The notes: generated from the letters alone by a model not told the origin. Counted from the first letter of the stretch, positions 39,029 through 48,424 are shown. The stretch is DNA of 64,000 nt from a bacterium (GCA_043800535.1 JAZDMV010000023.1:27264-91263); one strand, 5' to 3'. Numbers and translations are program-made.

Positions 39029-39377
39029 ACAAAAATAGACAGAAAATTTTTACTTTATTAATAAATCTTAAAACCAAATCTCGCCCGCCATGGCTTTAGC
39101 GGCGGCGGGGCGGAGTTCGTTTGCCGTCATGCCTGTAATTTATCACAAAATCGCAATTTCGACAACCACGGCATCACATAATGGCGTCTCGCGCCGCAAA
39201 CTAGACAACCCTATGCCAAAAGTCAAAGGTTGTCTTGTGGATGCGCCATCTTTACAACAAAACCGCCATATGTTATATATTAATTGTACCTTTCAAATAC
39301 TCATTTCTTAGGCTATTTTATTCCGATATTCTATTAGGACACTCTATTTTTCCTATTTCACAGGAAAGGAGGTGTAC

Positions 39378-39479
39378 ATGAGACATTCCGAGCGTTTCTT
39401 TTCACATTATCTGGCCTTTTTCGACTCCAGAGCAGGTCCTACGATAGTGCCTACATTCCGCAAGAATGAAAGGGGGTGA
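39378..39479 (+). CDS. Putative small ORF (33 aa) or remnant of a decayed gene
   Basis: AAGGAGGTG SD ahead of the ATG; upstream TTTACA-17-TATATA promoter-like sequence at 39251-39279. Confidence 0.3.
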   Translation: MRHSERFFSHYLAFFDSRAGPTIVPTFRKNERG

Positions 39480-40132
39480 TAAAAATATGCGGGGCCGTGT
39501 TATCGGTCCTGAATGTTCATTTTTTACTTCGCCTTTTTGGAGGCATGATGCGTAATAGATTCCTCTGACAATTGAATGTATTTTCTTGCCGACTTCTTCT
39601 GAAGCCGGGGCCAAAATGAGCGACTAGCGTCGCACAGGCCGGTCCGACAAGCTCGGACACGAAAAACGGCCAAAAAGAAAAGAACGGGAAAAGAGGGGTG
39701 CAAGGACGTATAGCAAGGCGTAACAGCAAGAAACACACAAGCAAAGGCCATCAAGGTCATCAGGCGGAGCGGCCTTGAGCCAACAGACCGCCTCCGGACA
39801 GTGGGCATGTTAAAATCCGGGATTTTAGGACCGAGGTCTGGCTGTGCACGTGCACGCGCCAAAGAAATGCTTCGGTCGCGCAGAAGAAAGCGCTGCCAGA
39901 CGCCTGCTGCCGATTTCGAGCGAAGCGCAGAGACATCCGGCCCAGTGCCTGTTCTCTCAAAGGCTTTGCCGTCGTCATGCGCTCTCATTTTGTTCCCTCG
40001 TCTCATACTACAGTTCTTGCCCCCTCAATTCCCAACAAAAAAGACCTTCATCGTAAGGTCTTTTCTTTTACCCCCACACCAAGTTTTGGTGTGGGGGTTT
40101 ACAAAAAATTTTCCTGCCTGTGGATAATATTC

Positions 40133-40161
40133 TTTACAAAAACCCGTCAAAATGATATAAA
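40133..40161 (+). promoter_or_regulatory. Sigma70-like promoter with an adjacent DnaA box (40119-40127)
   Basis: TTTACA-17 nt-TATAAA with extended -10 TG; TGTGGATAA just upstream. Confidence 0.55.
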
Positions 40162-40167
40162 GGAAAT

Positions 40168-40375
40168 AGGTAATAGTTCTCTAACAAGAAAGGGAGAGGC
40201 GGGGCGCGAATACCAATAAATCTTCATTGCAACACTGAACTTATTTTAATACTCCCTCCTCACCACGGGGGCCACCTCCTCCCCCATCACCCATATCCGG
40301 CACCTCCTTTCTAGCCGCCTCGCCTCTTCCCTTTCTTTCTATATAAAAGCTCCCACCATCGGGAGCTTTTTCTTT
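40168..40375 (+). ncRNA. Candidate sRNA with a long closing stem and CCUCC (anti-SD) motifs
   Basis: Upstream promoter, stem 40186-40206/40316-40337, three CCTCCT motifs, terminator 40345-40378, and no + strand ORF. Confidence 0.45.
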
Positions 40376-40378
40376 TTT
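40345..40378 (+). terminator. Intrinsic terminator
   Basis: AAAAGCTCCC-ACCATC-GGGAGCTTTTTCTTTTTT. Confidence 0.7.
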
Positions 40379-40405
40379 ATTTAGACACCAAAACAAGCCA
40401 CATTC

Positions 40406-40447
40406 TGACAGAAATACCCGCGCTCTGGAGCGCGGGTATTTCTGTCA
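40406..40447. terminator. Long palindrome downstream of mnmA
   Basis: TGACAGAAATACCCGCGCTC-TG-GAGCGCGGGTATTTCTGTCA. Confidence 0.55.
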
Positions 40448-40449
40448 CG

Positions 40450-41802
40450 TTACTGAATTACTCCTCCACCCAATAGTTCACCTTTTTTGCTATAGAACAC
40501 CGCGCTCTGTCCCGGCGTCACCGCCCGCTGGGGCTTGCCGAAAATTACACGCACAGTGTCATTGCGAGCCCCGACGTGAAATCGGGGCGTGGCAATCCTG
40601 TAAATAACAGCCGGACTAGCTTCGCTCTTATATCTTATTTTTATCAAAACTTCCTGCGGCAATTTTGCCTGCCCTCCGTAGCCTTGCCTGCCCGCAGTAG
40701 CTTTAGCGAAGGAGGGGCGGAGGCGGGGCGCTTGCCTGCTTGTCCAATTTATATTGCCCGCCGCCAGTTCTTTGCTATACAGATCTTTTTCATCGTTGCT
40801 GACATATAAAATATTTTTGCGCGTGTCTTTTTTAACCACCCACCACGGCCCCTGGTTCAATGGAATATTTTTACGCTGCCCGATGGTATAAAACGCTAGA
40901 CCCTGATGTTCACCCAAAATTTTACCATCTTTCAATTTGTCATTCCCGCGAAAGCGGGAATCCAGACTGGATACCGGATCAAGTCCGGCATGACACGAAT
41001 TATAATCTACTATTTTTCCTAGCTTCATTTTTATATATTTTTTCAAAAAGCTTTCAATATCGCGCGCCACAAAACAAAGATCAAAGCTCTCGCCCCGCCT
41101 GAAAGACAGTCTCCATTTTTTTGCTAATTTATACACTTCCTCTTTCGTATAGTCGGCCAAAGGAAATAATACGCGACTCAATTGCCTCTGTGTCAACGCA
41201 TACAAAAAATATGACTGATCCTTATCTTTATCCTTGGCCTTAAAAATTGTATACGTGTCATTGCGAGGAGCCCCGCACCGTGCGGGGCGACACGGCAATC
41301 CCAAAATGATATCGCCAACGGCTGTTTGCCTCGGGATTGCTTCGCCCCGACTTACATCGGGGCTCGCAATGACGCTACTTTGTATTTTCGCATAATGCCC
41401 GGTGGCAATATAATCAGCCCCCATGCCGAGCGCTTTTTTGAATAAAAGCCCAAACTTAATTTTTTTATTGCACACAACGCACGGATTTGGCGTTCGCCCG
41501 GCGTCGCTCTCGCGCAAAAAATGATCAACTACTTCTTTTTTAAATTCTTTCCCCAGGCGCAGGATATAAAAAGGGATGTCTAGTTTTGAAGCCACGTCTC
41601 TAGCCGCCTGCTCTGCACCCGCGCTACAGCAAGTATTTGTAGCCGCAAAGCGTGCATTCGGCTCTGCCCAGAAACGCATAAAAACGCCAACGACATCATA
41701 TCCTTGCTTTTTTAATAACGCCGCTGCCACAGAAGAATCAACCCCACCAGACATTGCAACTATTACTTTTCCCTTTGATTTGCGCATATTCTCTTCTATC
41801 AT
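40450..41802 (-). CDS. mnmA: tRNA-specific 2-thiouridylase MnmA with four repeat-derived in-frame insertions
   Basis: AMSGGVDSSVAA, TPNPCVVCN, ATGHYA, KDQSYFL, YTIGQRK and TPGQSAVFY motifs; start at MIEEN (41802) or MRKS (41787). Confidence 0.93.
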   Translation of the reverse strand: MIEENMRKSKGKVIVAMSGGVDSSVAAALLKKQGYDVVGVFMRFWAEPNARFAATNTCCSAGAEQAARDVASKLDIPFYILRLGKEFKKEVVDHFLRESDAGRTPNPCVVCNKKIKFGLLFKKALGMGADYIATGHYAKIQSSVIASPDVSRGEAIPRQTAVGDIILGLPCRPARCGAPRNDTYTIFKAKDKDKDQSYFLYALTQRQLSRVLFPLADYTKEEVYKLAKKWRLSFRRGESFDLCFVARDIESFLKKYIKMKLGKIVDYNSCHAGLDPVSSLDSRFRGNDKLKDGKILGEHQGLAFYTIGQRKNIPLNQGPWWVVKKDTRKNILYVSNDEKDLYSKELAAGNINWTSRQAPRLRPSFAKATAGRQGYGGQAKLPQEVLIKIRYKSEASPAVIYRIATPRFHVGARNDTVRVIFGKPQRAVTPGQSAVFYSKKGELLGGGVIQ

Positions 41803-41884
41803 TTTATTTTTTAGAATAACATCATTTTTGCCAAAAAGAAAAGCCCCGGATGAACATTGTTCATCCGGGGCCACAAAAAGGGTA

Positions 41885-42979
41885 CTAAGCGGCTTTCTTA
41901 TGATAAAGATTGAACCGCTTATCCCTGCACTTTCTGAGCCCCCAGACATACTTTTCGCACCACCGCCCATTGCACTTTACCTCCTTGCATGGATCAACTA
42001 AGGGTGCACAAGCCAAAGCAATTGCCCCAGCCACTTCCATAAAAGAGAGGGCTGTTGGTTCCTTATCGGGCGCCGAGAAGCTCCCATTAAGAAGCTGACT
42101 CTTGTCCTTTTTGGAATAATACCAAAAATGGCATTTATCGCAATCCTCGGCCACCTCCATCTCCTGCCAGTCTGGCAGAATAATCTTACGTTTTACCAGC
42201 TCCTGCATCCGTACAATCCTTACCACATCAATAAAATTAATTTTCCGCTGAAAATCTGGCGTGGTGAAGATTGCCGTATTGCCAGTGGTGCGCCGCTGAA
42301 TTATAATATCAACCATGTCGCCAAATCTCCAACGGATCCATTTGTTCATCTTACGGCTATCTGATTCAACAACCGCGATTCCAACCGGACCTTTGATAAT
42401 CCGGCCTTTTTCACGAAATTCGTCTTCGCATTTAAAAAAGCGAATTTGGCCGCGCAGATGACGACGAATCCCATCCACCGCCCAATCAAACGCTGCTGGT
42501 AATTCCTTGTCACTCTCGCAATCATCCCAACCATCATTTAAAAGCGAGTGGATATCAAATGGCATACTTCGGCCTTCATCATCCACCCTTTTGCAAAATT
42601 GCAGGATCTTCTGCAGCTCTGGTTTGTGAGAAATCTGTAAAATTTCCGCCGCCAGATGCGCGCAGGAGGAAATACCTTTTCCGTGCTCGTCTAAAATTCC
42701 TCCCCCGATACCGATCGGGAGAATTTTGTCCTTTAATAAGATCTCGTCACCGCTCTTGCCTTTTGCATCCTCTGGCACGCGGCCTTCCGTCCAAAATTCC
42801 ATCCTTGCCTTTTCAACGCCAGGGAAGATTCCTCTGCCCCACGTCACACATTCTACGTATGCCAGAACCTCATCAAAATGCGGCATATTGTGAGTTGCAA
42901 TTTTCTTGACTGGCCACGGGCCAACACCTCCTAACCGCTTCTGCCACCATTTCAACTCTGTGCTCGCCATTGTCGCCAT
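41885..42979 (-). CDS. Orphan protein with a MYG1/DHH-like N-terminal motif and Cys-rich tail
   Basis: IATHNMPHFDEVLA and GGGILDEH; AAGGAGG SD; consensus promoter upstream. Confidence 0.6.
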   Translation of the reverse strand: MATMASTELKWWQKRLGGVGPWPVKKIATHNMPHFDEVLAYVECVTWGRGIFPGVEKARMEFWTEGRVPEDAKGKSGDEILLKDKILPIGIGGGILDEHGKGISSCAHLAAEILQISHKPELQKILQFCKRVDDEGRSMPFDIHSLLNDGWDDCESDKELPAAFDWAVDGIRRHLRGQIRFFKCEDEFREKGRIIKGPVGIAVVESDSRKMNKWIRWRFGDMVDIIIQRRTTGNTAIFTTPDFQRKINFIDVVRIVRMQELVKRKIILPDWQEMEVAEDCDKCHFWYYSKKDKSQLLNGSFSAPDKEPTALSFMEVAGAIALACAPLVDPCKEVKCNGRWCEKYVWGLRKCRDKRFNLYHKKAA

Positions 42980-43090
42980 TTTCGCACCCTCCTTAAATGA
43001 TATTTTAAGGTTAAATTTTAAAGAACCCTATCACCTGTTCACCAAGAACTCCCATTTTTCCCTCCTTTTGGTTGAATTTTGAATACACAT

Positions 43091-43119
43091 ATTATAATAG
43101 ATAGCTAACCATATGTCAA
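43091..43119 (-). promoter_or_regulatory. Perfect sigma70 consensus promoter
   Basis: TTGACA-17 nt-TATAAT on the minus strand, back-to-back with the efp promoter (TTGCCT-17-TATAAA, 43126-43154). Confidence 0.75.
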
Positions 43120-43162
43120 GAAAAGTTGCCTCCCTCAAAAAATCATGCTATAAATATAATAC

Positions 43163-43735
43163 ATGTTAAATTACAACGACCTGCGCCCCGGCACTTTTTT
43201 TATTTTGGACGGCCAGCCCTATGAGGTGCTGGAGTTCAGTTTCCTGCGTATGCAGCAAAGAAAACCGGTTGCCCAGACAAAAATAAAGAATCTTATTTCC
43301 GGCAAGATCATCAGCCGTAATTTTCAGCCCAACGAAACTTTTGAAGCCGCCGACATCAACTATAAAGATGTCAAATTTTTATATGCCCATCGCGGCAAAT
43401 TTGTGTTTTCCGAAACCAAAGACCCGTCAAAAAGATTTGAATTGGAAGAACAGCAAATTGGCCAGCTGCACAAGTTTTTAAAACAAAACAGTGAAGTAGA
43501 AATGATAGAATTTGAAGGAAAAATCATTAATACAGCACTCCCGATAAAAATGGAATTTAAGGTGATTGAGGCGCCACCGGGCATAAAAGGCGACACCGCG
43601 CAGGGAGGCGTCAAAGCCGTTAAAATAGAAACGGGCGCTATGATTAACACTCCTTTCTTCATTGAAGAAGGCGACGTCATCCGGATCAACACACAGACCG
43701 GAGATTATACAGAACGGGTAGAAAAGTCAAAATAG
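43163..43735 (+). CDS. efp: Elongation factor P
   Basis: DLRPG, KIKNLISG, PGIKGDTA, ETG..INTPFFI and INTQTGDY motifs. Confidence 0.95.
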   Translation: MLNYNDLRPGTFFILDGQPYEVLEFSFLRMQQRKPVAQTKIKNLISGKIISRNFQPNETFEAADINYKDVKFLYAHRGKFVFSETKDPSKRFELEEQQIGQLHKFLKQNSEVEMIEFEGKIINTALPIKMEFKVIEAPPGIKGDTAQGGVKAVKIETGAMINTPFFIEEGDVIRINTQTGDYTERVEKSK

Positions 43736-43749
43736 CCTCATAAAATTTA

Positions 43750-43784
43750 AAAAGAGGGCACCGGATATTTCTGATGCCCTCTTT
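43750..43784. terminator. Bidirectional terminator
   Basis: AAAAGAGGGCA...TGCCCTCTTTT between convergent genes. Confidence 0.65.
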
Positions 43785-43789
43785 TGTTA

Positions 43790-44191
43790 TCAATCTATTT
43801 TCTCTTGTTTTAAAATCTTTAAGAATCTTTCCTCCAGTATCCAAACGGCGCCCAGCGCCGCCTTGCCGTGATGTTCTTCAAATTTTTCCAATATGATCTG
43901 ACCCATTCTCTCGTTCATGGTGAATGATGACATTTGAGGTCCGGTTCGTAACAGACAGCCAGCACCCCTAAAAAGAACGTCTTCAAACTCGCCACAATAC
44001 GGAAATCTGCTTGATGGCAAAATCCCGAAAGTCCACTCTCCAAAATCATCAGAAAATTCTTTTGCCAAACGACTAAAGATAGTGTAGACAGATCTTTCCG
44101 TAATTATTCTTGAACCTCCCTGAAAAAATAGAGCCATAACCGCAAGCATTATCTCGGCACCGGGAATTTTATTACCATCTTTGCCTCTCAT
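43790..44191 (-). CDS. Hypothetical orphan protein
   Basis: 133-aa ORF with AAGGAGG SD. Confidence 0.6.
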   Translation of the reverse strand: MRGKDGNKIPGAEIMLAVMALFFQGGSRIITERSVYTIFSRLAKEFSDDFGEWTFGILPSSRFPYCGEFEDVLFRGAGCLLRTGPQMSSFTMNERMGQIILEKFEEHHGKAALGAVWILEERFLKILKQEKID

Positions 44192-44253
44192 ATTTACCCT
44201 CCTTCCACCAAATTTTCAAGAACAACTTTTTATATATTTTTTCCTGGCATATC

Positions 44254-46068
44254 TTATAATTTTACCGCTTCTCCTTCATTCAAAGCGCCTCCATTCCCAT
44301 TTTCTTCTTTCTTTATCTCTGGCTCTTTCTCTTTCTCCTCCTCGGTTCTATCTCCCAAAACCTCGCTTAACGTTTCGCGAAGTTCGCTTAAATTGACCTC
44401 TTTCTTTTTCCGCCTCATATCAGAAAACTTTGACGGCTCTTTTTTTGCCGCCTCGGCTAAAGAAACCGGCGCGCCCGTGTCTTTTATTAAAACTTCGCCC
44501 GAAGCGCTTGGATTTGACGGCCGCCTCGGCGGGTTAGAATTTTGCGCAAAATTATCCCGTCTTGGAAAATCGCCATGCGGCTGCGGCGTCCCTTTTTGCT
44601 CCTGCGAACGCACCTGAGCCAAACAATCCTGACAATAGACGGGCCTGACGCCGTCGGGCTTAAATTTCAAGCGGATTTTTTTGCCACAGCTACTGCAAAC
44701 CGCATCAAACGAGGGCTCTTCTGGATGAAATTCTGCCTTGTGCGCCGGCGAAATTTCGTGGCTCAAGACCATTTTTCCTTCTTTCTCACTTTCTATCACT
44801 CCGCTCCACTTGGCAATTTTTTCTTCAACTTCCTGGCGGCTCGTGCTGTAGCGTTCCCTAGAGACACGAATTATTGTTTCGCGGTGTGAAATTTCCGGCG
44901 GTGCGATCGGCGGCAGAGTCGTGGCGGAAAAGGGCCGCGAAGCAATGCCGTCTATCATTAATTTCAGATATATCTGGGCAAATCCTAAATTAACAAGGTC
45001 ATTAGCCGAAAACTCGGGCATAAATTCTTTTTCAAGAAATTCAGCATCAGTCGCGCCGACCCGAAAAGTAAGCATGCTCCCCACGTTCCCAAAAACCGCA
45101 TCAGCCACCGGTTCAACCATCTGCGTTATATACTGATGCGCCAAAACCAGATCAAGACGGTATTTCCTGGCTTCTGACAAGATCGCGGCAAAAGATTCTG
45201 TGGCAAAATTCTGAAATTCGTCAACGTAAAGATAAAAATCCTTGCGCTCTTCCTCGGGAACATCAATACGCGACATGGCGGCTAATTGCAGCCGAGTAAT
45301 CAGCATTGCGCCCAGCAGCGCCGAATTATCCTCGCCAATGCGGCCTTTGGACAAATTCATTATAAGAATTTTTTGCGAATCCATCGCCTCTCTGATATTG
45401 ATGGATGACGTTGTCTGGCCGACGATATTACGAATTAATGGACTTGTCAAAAACTGACCTACTTTATTTTGAATAGGCGCCACTGCTTCGGCCATGAATC
45501 TGTCCGGATATTTTGCAAATTCATCAACCCAAAATGCCTTAACAACCGGGTCAGCAATTTTTTCCACCACTTTTTTCCGGTATTCTTTATCGACTAAAAT
45601 TCGCATCGTTCCAAGAAGGGTTGAGCCGGGGTATTCAAGAAGCGCTAAAATCGCGTTGCGCAAAACGTATTCCAGCCGCGGCCCCCAGGATTCGGCCCAC
45701 AACTTTTTAAAAACGCCGACCAGGCCAGAGGCGACAAGGTGCCTGTGTCCAGGGTCAACTTTTTCAATGACATTAAAAGCTATCGGAAAATCGAGGTCCG
45801 CCGGATTAAAATATATGACATCATTCAATCTGTTTGACGGAATAAAATCAAGCATCTTCTCGGCAAATTCGCCGTGCGGGTCCACTATCCCGATCCCTTT
45901 GCCCGACTGGATATCCTGAATTGCCATATTTTCCAAAAGCGTAGTTTTGCCCATGCCAGTTTTACCAATAACATAAAAATGGCGGCGGCGATCGGCCGTT
46001 TTTATTCCGAATTTTACCCGCTGGTCGCGGAAATTCGTTTCAGCAAAAAATGTGATATCGTCAGCCAT
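44254..46068 (-). CDS. TraG/VirD4-like ATPase with a C-terminal CxxC-x17-CxxC domain
   Basis: DRRRHFYVIGKTGMGKT, VDPHG, SWGPRLE, LYVDEFQNF and CSSC...RPVYCQDC motifs. Confidence 0.9.
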   Translation of the reverse strand: MADDITFFAETNFRDQRVKFGIKTADRRRHFYVIGKTGMGKTTLLENMAIQDIQSGKGIGIVDPHGEFAEKMLDFIPSNRLNDVIYFNPADLDFPIAFNVIEKVDPGHRHLVASGLVGVFKKLWAESWGPRLEYVLRNAILALLEYPGSTLLGTMRILVDKEYRKKVVEKIADPVVKAFWVDEFAKYPDRFMAEAVAPIQNKVGQFLTSPLIRNIVGQTTSSINIREAMDSQKILIMNLSKGRIGEDNSALLGAMLITRLQLAAMSRIDVPEEERKDFYLYVDEFQNFATESFAAILSEARKYRLDLVLAHQYITQMVEPVADAVFGNVGSMLTFRVGATDAEFLEKEFMPEFSANDLVNLGFAQIYLKLMIDGIASRPFSATTLPPIAPPEISHRETIIRVSRERYSTSRQEVEEKIAKWSGVIESEKEGKMVLSHEISPAHKAEFHPEEPSFDAVCSSCGKKIRLKFKPDGVRPVYCQDCLAQVRSQEQKGTPQPHGDFPRRDNFAQNSNPPRRPSNPSASGEVLIKDTGAPVSLAEAAKKEPSKFSDMRRKKKEVNLSELRETLSEVLGDRTEEEKEKEPEIKKEENGNGGALNEGEAVKL

Positions 46069-46138
46069 AATCAGAATAAAGATTTAAGATCTATGATTTA
46101 AGAATAAATTCAAAATTCTTAAATCTATATTCCCAAAT

Positions 46139-47314
46139 CTACACCGTCGGCAAACTTATCGGCGGCTCGCCTTTTTTGGTCGCCAGCCACGGCGTCATCG
46201 GCGCCTTAATAGATGAGGAAGGAAAGTGATACAAGCTAGCCAACTCTTCAATGTTTAAAGTGAACCCCTTATCCCAGAATGTCCTTTGGCGCAAGAATCT
46301 TATCAGCTTTCTCTGTTTATAAATTTTTCTCTGTTTGGCAAAAAGATAATTAGCTTTGGTCATATTTTTCGCGTCCGGCAAAATGGTGTTTCCATTCAAA
46401 GCCGCAAACTGGTTAAAAAATCCCATGCTAGCGCTAACATTTGCCATTGACATAATTTCGCGCCTTGCCACATAAGCGAACTGGACTTTTGTTTCGTAGG
46501 CCTTTTTTGTGGCTTTCATTTCAACCAGCCCAATACTCTCTCTCTGTCCGGGAGAAAGCATCGGAAAAGGAACAGTGACACCTTCCGGCGCGGCAGGCGC
46601 AGGTCTTGCCTGTTCCATCAATTTTACAGCAAATTTTTTTGCTTCTTCGGCCCATTTGTCCGGTTGCGGCCTGATGAAAAACTGAATCCATATTTGTTCG
46701 CCTTGCCTAAGTTTGCTCATTACTTCCATAAGCCCGCCCAAAGGGTCTATAAATTGCGAGATGCCCTTGGAAGAAATGACATCAAGCTGCATCATGTAGG
46801 TTCGCAAAGGATAAGCATCCGGCTGGGCCAGTTTCATTTTTGTCGCCCAAAAATCCCAATTTTTATTAGGGATATCGGCCGGAATATTTTTTACATAATC
46901 TTCAACTTCCTTAACTTCTGTCTGTGGGTAATGACTCCAAATATGCGATTCTATCAGATTCCTGAACTTTGCGGGCGCCCTGACAAAAAAATGAATGCCC
47001 CCGTCAATCCCGACAATTTCAAACACAAAGTAATCCTGGATGAATCCTTTTACATATTTTTGATATTTTGTCGCGATAGTGCCAAAAATCCCCCAAAATC
47101 CCGCAAAAACCTGCTCCATAATTTTTGGACTCTGCTCCATGTCGCGGGGTGGCTTAATTTCAAGCAGAACCCACTGGATTCCCTGCCAGTAAACACGCCT
47201 GATATAATACATCCAGGTATCAAAAAAGGCTATGGCCAAAACAACCGGCAGCCATAGCCACCAAACATCCAAAAGGTAATTAAATATCACTTTTGAAAGC
47301 TCGAAAGGTGTCAT
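46139..47314 (-). CDS. Conserved CPR membrane protein homologous to the N-terminal domain of the fused ATPase at 2-2167
   Basis: LLEIKPP..MEQVF, FEIV...HFFV, YPQTEVKEVEDY, DPLG, QFFIRP, QF...N and LNIEELASLYHFP are shared with 2-2167. Confidence 0.75.
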   Translation of the reverse strand: MTPFELSKVIFNYLLDVWWLWLPVVLAIAFFDTWMYYIRRVYWQGIQWVLLEIKPPRDMEQSPKIMEQVFAGFWGIFGTIATKYQKYVKGFIQDYFVFEIVGIDGGIHFFVRAPAKFRNLIESHIWSHYPQTEVKEVEDYVKNIPADIPNKNWDFWATKMKLAQPDAYPLRTYMMQLDVISSKGISQFIDPLGGLMEVMSKLRQGEQIWIQFFIRPQPDKWAEEAKKFAVKLMEQARPAPAAPEGVTVPFPMLSPGQRESIGLVEMKATKKAYETKVQFAYVARREIMSMANVSASMGFFNQFAALNGNTILPDAKNMTKANYLFAKQRKIYKQRKLIRFLRQRTFWDKGFTLNIEELASLYHFPSSSIKAPMTPWLATKKGEPPISLPTV

Positions 47315-47359
47315 TCCTTGTAATAGACACTGTTAAAGATCCTGATTGGATTTAAAATT

Positions 47360-48424
47360 TTATACTAGCGCGTAACGGCCGTCCTCCAATTTTTTGAAGG
47401 CCTTTTTGTTCTGCAAATTTATAAGGATGGTATTTTCTTTTATCTGGCGCTTGGCCAAAACATTCTTTACAACCTCTCCTTTGGCCATCGGCCCTTTCTC
47501 TTTGATTATATCACGGATAACATCAACAACGGTACCGGGCGCATATCCCCATTCGGCCAAAGCATAAATCCCGCGGCCGATAAGAACAAACCGCGGGTCT
47601 TTTATGAGCTCGTTGTGAACCGTCTGCACATAAGCCGGCTTATTCTGCGGCAATTGTTCATTGATCTGATTGGTAACTTCTGAAAAATGAAACGGCTGGC
47701 CGGCTTTTTTGAATACTAAATAGGCCTTGTCGCGCACGCCACGCGGAGAAATTTCCGGCCAGACAACCAATCCGAATTCGCCAAAACGATTTTGGTCTAT
47801 GATCTTGGAAGCATCAATATAAGAAAAAGTCGCCTTGTCAGAAATATTCGGCAACTTGCTTTTAACAACTCTATAAAGCTCCTCGTCTTTTAAAACCTTG
47901 GGATTCTTATCAAAATATCTGACAGCCGAGTCCACTGCCCGTTCCGCCTTTTGAATGGCACTGCTGTTAACCGCCCAGAATGTATGAAATTCATCAGTTT
48001 CAGGATAACGGCTAAACCGCTCTCCCAGGGTCAAAACAAGATTAAGTGCCGCTTTGCACAAGCTAAGTTCTGCTTCGGCTTTTTTCTGTAATTCAGCTAT
48101 CTGACTCGCAGGAAAACAATAACAGACCAAGTCGTCAAACGCCCTGTCTTCACGCCGCAACTCGCCGTACTGCTTAAAATAATCGTGAATTTCATCTTCA
48201 AGAGGCCGTACCTTTTCGCGCACGCCCGGCTGCAATAAATAATCAAGGCCGTTCTTCTCGATCTGCCGCACTCTCTCTCTTGTTATGTTATACTGGTCCC
48301 CGATTTCCTGAAGCGTTTGCGGAGTTCCGTTTTCAAGACCAAAACGCCGCCTGACCACATCCTGTGTCCGGCGGTTGTCTATTCCGCTAATAAGTTCTGA
48401 TATCAAATAATAAGGATTTTCCAT
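47360..48424 (-). CDS. Sigma-70 region-4-like HTH plus winged-helix (HARE-HTH-like) DNA-binding protein
   Basis: RRFGL..TLQEIG..ITRERVRQIE and TVHNELIKDPRFVLIGRGIYALAEWGY motifs. Confidence 0.8.
   Translation of the reverse strand: MENPYYLISELISGIDNRRTQDVVRRRFGLENGTPQTLQEIGDQYNITRERVRQIEKNGLDYLLQPGVREKVRPLEDEIHDYFKQYGELRREDRAFDDLVCYCFPASQIAELQKKAEAELSLCKAALNLVLTLGERFSRYPETDEFHTFWAVNSSAIQKAERAVDSAVRYFDKNPKVLKDEELYRVVKSKLPNISDKATFSYIDASKIIDQNRFGEFGLVVWPEISPRGVRDKAYLVFKKAGQPFHFSEVTNQINEQLPQNKPAYVQTVHNELIKDPRFVLIGRGIYALAEWGYAPGTVVDVIRDIIKEKGPMAKGEVVKNVLAKRQIKENTILINLQNKKAFKKLEDGRYALV

Noticed and set aside
39402-40219. Overlapping ORFs of 70-160 aa on both strands
   Set aside because: No SD or family motifs, mutually overlapping, some crossing terminators; also no tmRNA or RNase P signature recognised
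41803-41970. N-terminal extension of mnmA in the track
   Set aside because: It overlaps the upstream gene and its terminator hairpin
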